A stretch of 64,000 bases of DNA from Candidatus Bathyarchaeota archaeon (GTDB lineage Archaea > Thermoproteota > Bathyarchaeia > Bathyarchaeales > Bathycorpusculaceae): positions 79,493-143,492 of the forward strand of contig CAWAKC010000006.1 of the NCBI GenBank assembly GCA_963782525.1. Reading direction: 5' to 3'. Positions 48,095 to 57,784 of the stretch are shown here, one piece after another. The position numbers were made by a program, and so were the translations under genes. Every line of letters begins with the position of its first letter. Position 1 is the first letter of the stretch. Under the pieces are notes generated by a model, which was not told the origin of the DNA, ran no database searches, and was given only the letters and a program-made list of their open reading frames with translations.

Positions 48095-49368
48095 AAGCTG
48101 TCCTCTTAGCGGCTGGCGCCGGCGAAAGACTCATGCCCCTAACGGCAACACGTCCAAAACATCTCATTAAGGTTGGCGGGAAACCGATTCTTCAGTTTTG
48201 CTTGGAAGCCGTTAAGAGTGCAGGAATAACTGAAGCAATAATCGTAACCCATTACATGGGCGAAGCCATCAAAAGCTACTTTGGCGACGGAGAAAAACTC
48301 GGTTTAAAGCTAAGTTATGTGGAGCAAAAAGCGATTTTGGGCACAGGCAACGCCGCTGAAGTTGCCGAGCCATATGTGGACGGCGACTTCGTTTTAATCT
48401 ATGGGGATTTGCTTTTTGGCCAAGATGCTGTGAAACAGGTTTTGTCTCAATTCAAAAAAGGAAAAACCGCCGCAGTCATGGCGGTAGTCCCCGTAGACCG
48501 ACCAGAAAACTATGGAATCATCGAACAAGACGCCGAGGGCAATGTTAGACGCCTAATTGAAAAACCAGCCACGGGAAAAGCGCCATCCAACCTGGCAAAT
48601 GCAGGAATCTACGCTTTCTCAAAAGAGGTCTTCGACAAACTAAAACAGACCAAAGCATCCGTCCGTGGCGAATGGGAACTCACCGACTCTATAACTATGC
48701 TCGCCCAAGAAGGCAAAACAGTTTTGCAAGCACAGCTAAGCAAAGAAGACTGGTTCGATGTGGGCAGACCCTGGGATTTACTTGATGCCAATAATTGGGC
48801 TTTGAAACGAATGGAACACAAGGTTCTCGGCACCATAGAGCAGGGGGCACATTTGATTGGACCCATCACGGTAGCCGAGTCCGCGCGGATTCGCTCGGGC
48901 GCTTACATTGAAGGTCCAGTCTTCATCGATGAAGAAGCAGATGTTGGACCAAACTGCTACATCCGTTCAGGCACCAGTCTTGGCAAAAAAACCCGCGTCG
49001 GCAATGGCTGCGAAATTAAAAACAGCATCCTTATGGACGGCACACATGCAGGACACCTCTCCTACGTCGGCGACAGTATCCTTGGCGAAAAATGCAACCT
49101 TGGCGCAGGTACTATAATGGCGAACTTGCGCTTCGACGACGGACGCATCAAGATGGTCGTTAAGGATATGGTTGTGGACACTGGGCGTCGAAAACTCGGC
49201 GCAATTCTAGGCGACAATGTCAAAACAGGGATAAAATCTCTATTTATGCCGGGTGTTAAAGTCGGGGCGAACAGTTGGGTTGGAGCCAACTTTATGGTAG
49301 AACGAGACATACCAGCTAACTCAATCGTGACACTCAAACAGAACAGCGAAATAAGACAAAAGAATTAA
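48091..49368 (+). CDS. glmU: Bifunctional sugar-1-phosphate nucleotidylyltransferase/acetyltransferase
   Basis: LAAGAGERLMPLT..RPK, hexapeptide repeats, HLSYVGDS, ANLRFD, RRKLGA. Confidence 0.9.
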   Translation: MKAVLLAAGAGERLMPLTATRPKHLIKVGGKPILQFCLEAVKSAGITEAIIVTHYMGEAIKSYFGDGEKLGLKLSYVEQKAILGTGNAAEVAEPYVDGDFVLIYGDLLFGQDAVKQVLSQFKKGKTAAVMAVVPVDRPENYGIIEQDAEGNVRRLIEKPATGKAPSNLANAGIYAFSKEVFDKLKQTKASVRGEWELTDSITMLAQEGKTVLQAQLSKEDWFDVGRPWDLLDANNWALKRMEHKVLGTIEQGAHLIGPITVAESARIRSGAYIEGPVFIDEEADVGPNCYIRSGTSLGKKTRVGNGCEIKNSILMDGTHAGHLSYVGDSILGEKCNLGAGTIMANLRFDDGRIKMVVKDMVVDTGRRKLGAILGDNVKTGIKSLFMPGVKVGANSWVGANFMVERDIPANSIVTLKQNSEIRQKN

Positions 49369-49506
49369 CGCCATATCAAACCCAAAATGCAATTTTGCTT
49401 TTTCAACATGTTATTAGGCTAATTATCTCTGTGTTTTTTGGTTTCTATTTAAATCAAAGATAAATAGTGGTAGTGCAATTTCGTTACACTATTGGAGAAA
49501 TAAAAG

Positions 49507-49932
49507 TTGTCTGTAGCGCAAAGAAAGTACTTTACTGATGTGGCAGCGTTGGCAGATAAGAACGTCGCTGTCGTCACCACTAACGGAAAAACCTATAACG
49601 GTGTCCTCGTCGGCATAAACCCTGACAATTTAAGCCTCAGCTTAACTGATGTAAAAGACGAGTCTGGAAGACTCCTCAACCGCCTAGTAATCAATGGCGC
49701 AATTGTCATGTCCATATCCAGCGCAGATAAACCCTTCGACCTCAAATCACTCGCAACCAGGCTAGAAAAGGTGTTCCCAACTCTTGTCGAACTAAACGAG
49801 AACGCAGGCTATATCATTGTCATGCGCAAAGTCAAACTCACAGAAAGAGGCATCTTAGAAGGCGCAGGCAGTCCAGCCGCGGACCGTGTGCAGAAAGTTT
49901 ACGACACATTCATGAGCGAAGCAAAAGCTTAA
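49507..49932 (+). CDS. Lsm/Sm-like RNA-binding protein with C-terminal domain (SmAP3-like)
   Basis: VAVVTTNGKTYNGVLVGIN...LSLTDV...VING Sm motifs plus C-terminal extension. Confidence 0.82.
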   Translation: MSVAQRKYFTDVAALADKNVAVVTTNGKTYNGVLVGINPDNLSLSLTDVKDESGRLLNRLVINGAIVMSISSADKPFDLKSLATRLEKVFPTLVELNENAGYIIVMRKVKLTERGILEGAGSPAADRVQKVYDTFMSEAKA

Positions 49933-49933
49933 C

Positions 49934-50683
49934 TTAGATAAACCAGCGCAGTTGTTGCTCCTCTTTCTTCTTTTCTTCTGTTATACTTCGAATCACACCG
50001 AATGATTCAAGCATTTTTTTGATTTCTTCGCCGCTAGCTTCCAACCCAGACAAATCAACATCCAAATACAGGTATTTGCCCAAAGTTAATAGTGCATAGC
50101 GGGCAGCGTTAACGTCCGGGTTCATTCCTGGTGTATCGATCAAAAGCGAGAAACCCTTCATGTCCCGAATTCTTGCCATCCCAACCGACAAACCAGCGAT
50201 GCCGAAGACGTGGCCAACCATGACTTTCGTGCCTAAATCCAGCGCCTGCTGCATAGTTTCCAAATCCGTCGCAGTAGTGTAGATTCCAGGGACCTGTGCT
50301 GCTTCGTCTTTTTTGAAGCCGCCGATGGAAATTACAAATCTGCAGCCAAATTGTTGTGCGATATCTAAAACCTTGCCGACCAACTCGTATTGTCCAACAG
50401 TGGTTAAGGCTTGGGTGTTGCCGTACCAGATGATTAGGTCGCGTTCGCCATCCCGTTTAGCATAGTAGAGCTCATTTATTGGGGTGCGGGCTCCGCCATC
50501 GTCAGTGGTTATAGCAAAATCTTGGAAGGAGGACGAGAAAATCTGAACAAACCGCGTTGCCTTGAGCTCTTTAATGAGGTGTAGCGCTGCGATGTTAGCT
50601 ACAAAGCCTATGCCTGGCAGTCCTTCGATTAGGATTGGGTCGTTTAAGACTGGTTTTTCAGAGATGTCGATTGAGCAAACCAT
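49934..50683 (-). CDS. PAC2 family proteasome assembly chaperone
   Basis: LIEGLPGIGFVANIAA, ISIGGF, PDVNAAR. Confidence 0.88.
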   Translation of the reverse strand: MVCSIDISEKPVLNDPILIEGLPGIGFVANIAALHLIKELKATRFVQIFSSSFQDFAITTDDGGARTPINELYYAKRDGERDLIIWYGNTQALTTVGQYELVGKVLDIAQQFGCRFVISIGGFKKDEAAQVPGIYTTATDLETMQQALDLGTKVMVGHVFGIAGLSVGMARIRDMKGFSLLIDTPGMNPDVNAARYALLTLGKYLYLDVDLSGLEASGEEIKKMLESFGVIRSITEEKKKEEQQLRWFI

Positions 50684-50734
50684 ACTGGTGCACTTCGTTG
50701 GGGTAATAGGATGAACTATGCGATATAAGGTTGC

Positions 50735-50890
50735 CTAACAAAAACAATGGCGACGCTTAGGCGTTGGGCTTAAGTAAATATTTTTGCCTAGGAGTTTGAG
50801 GGCTTCTTGGCGTGCGCGAATAAGAATTAACGTTGACATTCCAGCAAAGAAACTGATGCTAAGAATCAACATTACATATGCGAAACACAT
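50735..50890 (-). CDS. Possible small membrane protein
   Basis: MCFAYVMLILSISFFAGMSTLILIRARQEALK...; fills an otherwise empty gap. Confidence 0.3.
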   Translation of the reverse strand: MCFAYVMLILSISFFAGMSTLILIRARQEALKLLGKNIYLSPTPKRRHCFC

Positions 50891-51237
50891 TCTATGTCCT
50901 TGTCCTTGGCTACATTTCAATCGGGTTAGCTATGATTTGTTTTGGGTAAGTTTTGTTTATAAGGTTTTCAATTTTGGACTCTTTATCTTAACTACAGAAT
51001 TTATTGATCAATTTTTTTTAGCGGCAATTTTCGAGTGACCTATCCCAAAATGAAGCCTGTGCTAACCACATTAGCAAATGGGAAACCAACGCCTAAGAGT
51101 ACTCCCCAAATGAGTTTGATTCTGCGAGTTCTGTGTTCAGCCACTTGAACCACAACCAGCTAAAATGGATGCCAAGCAAAATAAGCCTTTGCCGTTTTTG
51201 GGGATAGGGTTTTTTATAAGTGCGCAGTGTTTGATGT

Positions 51238-52884
51238 GTGGGTTTCACCTTGAGTTTCGAAATTAAAGAGAAAGATTTGCTGGGTAGAATCGGCAAACTA
51301 AAAACCAAAAGCGGCACAGTAGAAACGCCGCTCCTATTCCCAGTCATCAACCCCAGCATCCAACCCATCCCCCCCCAAAAACTCAAGGATCACTTCGGAT
51401 TCCAAGCCGTTATCACAAACTCTTATATCATCAAGAAGCGCTACGACAACAAACCCGTCGCGTTGGGATTGCACAAGTTTCTGGACTACGACGGTGCAGT
51501 CATGACGGACTCAGGCGCTTACCAAATCCTCGTTTACGGCGACATCGATGTCACCCAAAAAGAAATCGTCGCCTACCAAGAAGGCATCGGCAGCGACATC
51601 GCCACTATCCTAGACATTCCAACAGGCTGGAAAGTCACCAAAGAACAAGCCGAAGTCACCGTCGCAGAAACCCTGCGAAGAGCAAAAGCTTTTTTCAAAG
51701 AAAAAACTCGCGATGACATCCTCTGGGTTGGACCCGTGCAGGGCGGAAAACACCTTGACCTCGTCGCCAACTCAGCAATCGAAATGGGTAAATTGCCCTT
51801 CCAAATCCACGCCCTCGGAAGCCCCACCGAAGTCATGGAAAGCTACCGATACGACGTCCTCGCCGACATGATATTAACCGCCAAAAAAGGCTTGCCCCTA
51901 GAGCGTCCACTGCACCTATTCGGCGCTGGACACCCATCCATGTTTGCTTTGGCAGTCGCCTTGGGCTGTGACCTATTCGACTCCGCAGCATACGCTTTGT
52001 ACGCTCGAGAGAACCGTTACATGACCGAAAACGGCACATGGCGCCTAAACGAACTAGACTATTTCCCCTGTAGCTGTCCCAGATGCAGTGCAGAAACTCC
52101 GAGAGGTTTAGAGAAAAAATCAGCCAAAGAATGCGAAGTTTTCCTCGCCGAACACAACCTCTACGTCTGCTCAGCAGAAATAAAACGGATAAAACAAGCC
52201 ATACGCGACGGCAGACTCTGGGAACACACCGAAATGCGTGTCCACGCCCACCCCGCCCTACTCTCAGCCCTAAAACACCTCCGCAACCACGCCGACTACC
52301 TCGAAAAGTTCAGCCCAACAGCAAAAACCAGCGGCTTCTTCTACTTCGATTCCGTCGGACTCGCACGGCCAGAAATCACCCACTACCGCAACCGCCTCAC
52401 CGAACGCTATACTCCACCCGCAGAGGCGAAGGTGCTTTTGCTTGTGCCCCAAACCCGCAACAAACCCTTCCACAAAGCGCCCGAATTCAAGAAAATCCGC
52501 CAGCTCTTAAGAAGCCTCGGCAAAGAACTATCTACCCAAATCCACGTTTGCGTTTATTCCGCTCCATTCGGACTGATTCCGTTGGAACTGGATGAGGTTT
52601 ACCCACTGTCCCAACATGAAGCTGCACACCCACATGACCAAGAAACCGTGGAGTACGTTGCAGAACAAACCGCCGAATACATCAAACGCTCAACCTACAA
52701 AAGCGTCACGTTGCTCAATGACCCCAAACACTGGAGCGACACCATCAAAAAAGCCGCCGCAAAAGCCTCCAAAACCAAAGAGTTGCCATTCGGTTCTGTG
52801 GATGCCAATGTGCAGGGCACCAGAGAAACCTTCAGCCAACTTGAGAGCATCCTGCGAGAGCAATTAAGTAAAAAACCTAATTGA
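51238..52884 (+). CDS. tgtA: Archaeosine tRNA-guanine(15) transglycosylase
   Basis: MTDSGAYQ, PVQGG, HLFGAGHP, DLFDSAAY, CSCPRC...HNL; PFGLIPLELDEVYP; no PUA domain apparent. Confidence 0.93.
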   Translation: MGFTLSFEIKEKDLLGRIGKLKTKSGTVETPLLFPVINPSIQPIPPQKLKDHFGFQAVITNSYIIKKRYDNKPVALGLHKFLDYDGAVMTDSGAYQILVYGDIDVTQKEIVAYQEGIGSDIATILDIPTGWKVTKEQAEVTVAETLRRAKAFFKEKTRDDILWVGPVQGGKHLDLVANSAIEMGKLPFQIHALGSPTEVMESYRYDVLADMILTAKKGLPLERPLHLFGAGHPSMFALAVALGCDLFDSAAYALYARENRYMTENGTWRLNELDYFPCSCPRCSAETPRGLEKKSAKECEVFLAEHNLYVCSAEIKRIKQAIRDGRLWEHTEMRVHAHPALLSALKHLRNHADYLEKFSPTAKTSGFFYFDSVGLARPEITHYRNRLTERYTPPAEAKVLLLVPQTRNKPFHKAPEFKKIRQLLRSLGKELSTQIHVCVYSAPFGLIPLELDEVYPLSQHEAAHPHDQETVEYVAEQTAEYIKRSTYKSVTLLNDPKHWSDTIKKAAAKASKTKELPFGSVDANVQGTRETFSQLESILREQLSKKPN

Positions 52885-52968
52885 GCCGAGTCTGAAGCAA
52901 TTTGCCAGACGCTTGCCAAATCGCCGTTTAGACAAACCTTATATCCTGAACTTTTTGTAAAACTAAGC

Positions 52969-54129
52969 ATGGGCAGTATCAGCAAAAGTCTGGCTTTAGT
53001 ACTTGTTGGCTTTTTTGCTATGTCATTTGTTGTTGGAATAGCTTGTCCAGTTTTTGGGGCTTCTGTCAACGATAACTCATGGTTATCTAAAAAACCCATG
53101 CTTACGGGGAGAGCAGACTTTGGACTTTCGGAAGTAAACGGCAAGATGTACGCTATTGGTGGTTATCCAGGCCTCAACATGACCGAAGAATACGACCCCC
53201 AAACTGATTCATGGACAACTAAAACAGCCATGCCTACTGCCAGATTTAACTTTGCAATTGCAGTATTTGAAAATAAAATCTATTGCATCGGTGGCTTAGT
53301 GGGTAGCCGCAATTTCTATCAGAGTTCTTCGGTTAGCGGTGCTATTGAAGTCTATGACCCTGCTACAGACACGTGGGAAATAAAAAAGCCGATGCCAACA
53401 CCCATGGCTCAATTAGAAGCCAATGTTGTTAATGATAAAATCTATTTAATCGGGGGAAGAACAGGCGGACAGTATACAACTGTTTCAACAAATCAGGTTT
53501 ATGACCCTGATTCTGAATCTTGGACAGAAAAAGCACCTGTGCCATATCCAGTTACCAATTATGCTTCAGCAGTTGTTGATGGCAAAATATACTTGATAGG
53601 TGGGCAGGATGAGTTTAATGATCCAATGAATTTGAATGTAACTCAAATTTATGACCCAAAGCAAAATACTTGGAGTTTGGGCCATCCTCTTGCTTTTGCA
53701 TTGTTAGATTCTGCAGCTTGCACTATAGCTTTTTCGAACATTGTTTATCTTATCGGTGGCCAGATAGGAAACAATGGTAGCAGTACTAATGCTGTACAAG
53801 TTTATGACGTTGACAATGATAGTTGGGTTTTTGGTCCTTCAATGTCTACTGCCCTTTTTAGATTATCTGTAGGCGTTTTGGAAAACAGGATATACGCTGT
53901 GGGTGGTACAGGTCAGTATATGTTGCCATCTGATCAGGCAAGTGCACTAAATGAAATGTATTTGGTTAGTAATGAAACAGCCAATCCGACCTCAACACCA
54001 AATGTTCCAGAGCCCACTACCTTGGCAGGTGTAGCAGTAGCTATCACCGCCTCTATTATTCTTATAACGGTGGTGGGTTCCCTAATACTCTACCGAAGAC
54101 ATCGAACGACCAAAAGGCAAGTGTATTAG
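52969..54129 (+). CDS. Cell-surface kelch-repeat protein
   Basis: Signal peptide, six IYxIGG...YDP..W repeats, C-terminal VPE-like motif + TM + basic tail. Confidence 0.9.
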   Translation: MGSISKSLALVLVGFFAMSFVVGIACPVFGASVNDNSWLSKKPMLTGRADFGLSEVNGKMYAIGGYPGLNMTEEYDPQTDSWTTKTAMPTARFNFAIAVFENKIYCIGGLVGSRNFYQSSSVSGAIEVYDPATDTWEIKKPMPTPMAQLEANVVNDKIYLIGGRTGGQYTTVSTNQVYDPDSESWTEKAPVPYPVTNYASAVVDGKIYLIGGQDEFNDPMNLNVTQIYDPKQNTWSLGHPLAFALLDSAACTIAFSNIVYLIGGQIGNNGSSTNAVQVYDVDNDSWVFGPSMSTALFRLSVGVLENRIYAVGGTGQYMLPSDQASALNEMYLVSNETANPTSTPNVPEPTTLAGVAVAITASIILITVVGSLILYRRHRTTKRQVY

Positions 54130-54216
54130 GCAAAAATCGGTTTCGGCAAGCTTTTTTAGTCCATTCCGCTTATAGACATTTGAGGCTTATTTAGCAACTT
54201 CAATGGAGATTGTTTG

Positions 54217-54393
54217 ATGGGAAAAATCACTGTTACTTTAACAACTATAACTGAGAAAGAACTGCGCGCTTTCATCGCCAATAAATCTGATTGCACACTC
54301 GACGATGTCGTCGAAGAAAGCATAAAAGAATACATAGAAAAGAAAAATAACGAGCACATCGGCAGCAACGAAGTCTTCTATTCATCGCCTTAA
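54217..54393 (+). CDS. Small ribbon-helix-helix protein (58 aa, below ORF-track cutoff)
   Basis: MGKITVTLTTITEKELRAFIANKSDCTLDDVVEESIKEYIEKK...; SD GGAG. Confidence 0.65.
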   Translation: MGKITVTLTTITEKELRAFIANKSDCTLDDVVEESIKEYIEKKNNEHIGSNEVFYSSP

Positions 54394-54407
54394 ACGGGGA
54401 ATCGCCA

Positions 54408-55013
54408 ATAACGCCGCTCTATGCTGACTTTCATATTCATACGATTTATTCGGCAGACTCAGTTATCCAACCTAAAACCCTCGTTGACATGTTGGCGGCG
54501 CACAGTTTCATTAAGGTTGCAGCTGTCACGGACCATGACAGCGTGCGGGGTTGCAGGGCGACGGTGGAGTTGGCGAAGGCTTACCCCGACGTTTTGATTA
54601 TTCCTGGTGTGGAAATCAGTACAGCGGAGGGCGACGTGGTGGTTTTGGGGACATATGAGTTGCCGCCTAAGCCGTGGACTCCTGGGGTTGTAGCAGATTT
54701 TGCCAGTTCAGTCGGCGGCGTATCGATTGTGGCCCATCCCTTCAGAACATATGGCATGGGCGATCGCGCGAGAAACTACAAAGTAGACGCTATCGAAGTC
54801 TTAAACGGCGGCAGCAGCCAAACCGCCAACAACGAAGCCAAAGAACTGGCGAAAAGCTTGGGTTTGCCGGGCACCGCAGGCAGCGACGCCCACCAAGTGT
54901 CCGAGTTATTCAGTGTCTACAACAAAGTCGAGGCTGCGTTGGATGTGGATTCGGTTTTAACCGCGATTAAGCGGGGAGCTGTTTCAGCTCAGTCTTCGTC
55001 TCGCCCAAAATAG
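54408..55013 (+). CDS. PHP-domain metal-dependent phosphoesterase, non-canonical start (ATA 54408 or ACG 54411)
   Basis: DFHIHTIYSAD motif lies upstream of the first ATG (54489); VTDHD, GVEIS, AHPF, GSDAH motifs. Confidence 0.85.
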   Translation: MTPLYADFHIHTIYSADSVIQPKTLVDMLAAHSFIKVAAVTDHDSVRGCRATVELAKAYPDVLIIPGVEISTAEGDVVVLGTYELPPKPWTPGVVADFASSVGGVSIVAHPFRTYGMGDRARNYKVDAIEVLNGGSSQTANNEAKELAKSLGLPGTAGSDAHQVSELFSVYNKVEAALDVDSVLTAIKRGAVSAQSSSRPK

Positions 55014-55068
55014 CGCGTAAAATTGGTTTTTTGCAAGATTATATAAGTAACGTTAAGTTTAACAGATT

Positions 55069-55797
55069 GTGGGGTATTCGATGAACAGAATTGCTATAGT
55101 TGTGGCGCTTGTTCTTGTATGTGTGGTTCTATTTTCTGGGTCGGCTGTGCTGGTTGTTTATTACCCTCTAACGGCTCAGCAAGCCTCGTCGCCTAACGTA
55201 TTCCATGTTGATTTTCCATATGCTTTTACCGGTTTAACAAACGCTACTGGGGAAGGGCACGATCACTTTGGTTGGGGCATCGAAACTTTTCCGTCAGACT
55301 ACTACCCCGTAACCGCCATACTCAATTTAACCTACTTGGGCAACCCCCAAAACCAGTCCTATGGCGTAATATGCGAAGGATACTACGTGAATTTTACCGC
55401 TGACACGGGAGCTTCTGTTTCATGTTTAGGTTGGCTTGGCACAAACTATAACGTCAGCACCCAAGGTCCACCTACGTTTTTTTCTCGCGAGACACCTTGG
55501 GGTAATTTTCCAAGAATGTCCTACAGATTCAATATGACGGTTGGTGACACTTATCTTTTGAGAGTTACTGATTCTGGGATGTTTACGAGCGTCAATGGTA
55601 CATCTGGTTTATGGAGCAATGGAACCCCAAACACAATCAATGTTACAGTCCAGAGGGTAGGCTGGCTTACTGCCCAAGGCAACCAGACCGCAAGCATTGT
55701 CAATCCCGCTGCAAACGAAATCATCCAGCAAATCCAGCTTCAAAGAGACGGCGAAGACTTCAGTTTTGGAATATACCCCACCACAAAAGTATACTAG
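55069..55797 (+). CDS. Secreted/membrane-anchored hypothetical protein, probable paralogue of 30018..30731
   Basis: N-terminal TM; VDFPYAF vs LDVVYAY; C-terminal IQLQRDGEDFSF vs VRMSALGNEFLY. Confidence 0.7.
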   Translation: MGYSMNRIAIVVALVLVCVVLFSGSAVLVVYYPLTAQQASSPNVFHVDFPYAFTGLTNATGEGHDHFGWGIETFPSDYYPVTAILNLTYLGNPQNQSYGVICEGYYVNFTADTGASVSCLGWLGTNYNVSTQGPPTFFSRETPWGNFPRMSYRFNMTVGDTYLLRVTDSGMFTSVNGTSGLWSNGTPNTINVTVQRVGWLTAQGNQTASIVNPAANEIIQQIQLQRDGEDFSFGIYPTTKVY

Positions 55798-55946
55798 CAT
55801 CTTAACACACTTTGCCTCCGAATTCCGGCTGGTTCTGACCATAAGTAAGGGGCTTTAATTTTTCAGAGCGCTTGATAGCTGGGCTTCAGGGTCAATACAT
55901 TTTTAAAACAGATAAGTCCCATTTTAATCGTTAACTGTCAAAGTAT

Positions 55947-57218
55947 ATGGATTGGTCCTGTTTGCAGATTGGATTTTTAGGTGGAGCCCGCGAAGTCGGC
56001 AGAATTGGAGTTACGGTGAAGACTGAGAAGACTCAGGTTGTCTGCGACTATGGTGTTATGCTAGACAATGAACCAGGGTTCCCCATGCATGTTCCACCCA
56101 AAGACGTTGACGCCGTAATTTTGACTCATAGCCACCTGGACCATTCAGGCGCCATCCCAATTTTCTACATAAACGACAAAATGCCCCTCTACACCAATAA
56201 ACTCAATTTGGAATTGACGCAGCTTCTTGTGCAGGACTTTATCCACTTATCTGGTTATTATTTGCCCTTTGAATACCTTGAATTAAAAACTATGATGAAG
56301 AATAATCATCACCTCGACTTCGGACAGGAAGAAATTGTAGGCGACATGAAACTAAAACTATTCAATGCAGGCCACACCCCGGGAAGCGCAAGCGTACTGT
56401 TGGAAGCCGAGGGCAAGCGCTTTTTGTATACGGGCGATTTTAACTTGGAAGAAAGCAAACTGCTGCCGGCAGCCTACATGGACTATGGTAACTTAGACGC
56501 TGTCGTCATTGAAAGCACCTATGCTGATGCCGACCACACCCCACGGCCAGAATTGGAAAAACAGTTTGTCGAAGCATGCACCGACGTGGTTGAAACAGGC
56601 GGGACCGTCCTTGTTCCAGCGTTCGGCGTTGGCCGATCACAAGAAATGGCGACAATCTTAGCTGCTCACAACTTCGAATACCCCGTCATCTTAGATGGGA
56701 TGGCACGGGAAGCCAGCCGAGTCATCATGAACTACAAGGAATTCCTCCGAGACCCAAAACTCTTCATGAACGCAATGCACTCCGCCGAATGGGTAGAAGG
56801 CTGGCGAGACAGACGCAAAGCACTCAGGACGCCCGGGGTAATTATTTCAACGGCTGGAATGCTTAAAGGTGGACCTGCAGCTTTCTATGTTTCTAAATTA
56901 GGCAAGAAAGCCAACAACGCTGTCTTCTTAGTCAGCTACCAAATACCAGGCACCCCTGGACGAGAACTCATGGAGAAAGGTGTCTGCACTATCGATGGGC
57001 AAGTCCGCAAGATTAAGGCTCAGTACCGCCACTTCGATTTTTCATCACATTGTGGCGCAAGCCTACTCAAAGAAGCCCTAAAGCGAATCGGCGGCAACCC
57101 CAAAGTCTTCGTCGTTCACGGCGCAGAAGGTAACTGTGAGCTCTTTGCGAATTGGGCAAAAACCGAATTGGGCTTAGATGCAGTGGCTCCAAGAACTGGC
57201 GAAACCTACCAAATATAG
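55947..57218 (+). CDS. MBL-fold beta-CASP ribonuclease (aCPSF2-like)
   Basis: GGAREVGR, THSHLDHSG, AGHTPGS, YTGD, ESTY, GRSQE, FSSH, VHG. Confidence 0.9.
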   Translation: MDWSCLQIGFLGGAREVGRIGVTVKTEKTQVVCDYGVMLDNEPGFPMHVPPKDVDAVILTHSHLDHSGAIPIFYINDKMPLYTNKLNLELTQLLVQDFIHLSGYYLPFEYLELKTMMKNNHHLDFGQEEIVGDMKLKLFNAGHTPGSASVLLEAEGKRFLYTGDFNLEESKLLPAAYMDYGNLDAVVIESTYADADHTPRPELEKQFVEACTDVVETGGTVLVPAFGVGRSQEMATILAAHNFEYPVILDGMAREASRVIMNYKEFLRDPKLFMNAMHSAEWVEGWRDRRKALRTPGVIISTAGMLKGGPAAFYVSKLGKKANNAVFLVSYQIPGTPGRELMEKGVCTIDGQVRKIKAQYRHFDFSSHCGASLLKEALKRIGGNPKVFVVHGAEGNCELFANWAKTELGLDAVAPRTGETYQI

Positions 57219-57227
57219 GTTTTAAAT

Positions 57228-57779
57228 ATGAAGGTTGGGATTTTAGCGATTGGGCAAGTTGCCCCCGAAATTCTAGTTGGAATTCAGGATGGGTTAGTGA
57301 AAACTTTTCCCGACACCACTGCTGTCATAGTTCAAGATGTTTTGCCTGTTCCGATAGCTGCATTTGATAAGAAACGCAGCCAACACAACTCCACCCTGAT
57401 TCTCAGAGAAGTAAGGGCTTATGCATCTAAAAAACCCAAGTTCCACCGCATTTTAGGCGTAATTGACTTAGACCTTTTCACTTCTGGCTTAACCTATGTT
57501 TTCGGCGAAGCATACGTTCCAGGCAGCGCCGCTTTGATTTCGCTTTGGCGGCTAAAACCCGAATTCTACCACGACAAGCCCGACTTGGTACTCTACATGC
57601 TGCGGACGCAGAAAGAGGCAGTTCACGAGTTAGGCCACACTTTAGGCGTTCAGCATTGTCTACGTTCCATGTGTGTAATGCACTTTTCTAACTCGATTTT
57701 TGACACTGACCGGAAGCAAAACTTATTGTGTGACGAATGTTACTTGCAAGCAGCTATAGCTATCAACAATTTAGGGTAA
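57228..57779 (+). CDS. Archaemetzincin Zn-dependent protease
   Basis: HELGHTLGVQHC...CVMHFSNS..DTDRK...C..C. Confidence 0.92.
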   Translation: MKVGILAIGQVAPEILVGIQDGLVKTFPDTTAVIVQDVLPVPIAAFDKKRSQHNSTLILREVRAYASKKPKFHRILGVIDLDLFTSGLTYVFGEAYVPGSAALISLWRLKPEFYHDKPDLVLYMLRTQKEAVHELGHTLGVQHCLRSMCVMHFSNSIFDTDRKQNLLCDECYLQAAIAINNLG

Positions 57780-57784
57780 ACACT

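Noticed and set aside
51238-52884. tgtA lacking a PUA domain as a novelty
   Set aside because: PUA-less or split arcTGTs are already known in archaea.
52902-52925. TTGCCA direct repeats at 11-bp spacing before the kelch gene promoter
   Set aside because: Only two full short copies; could be chance.
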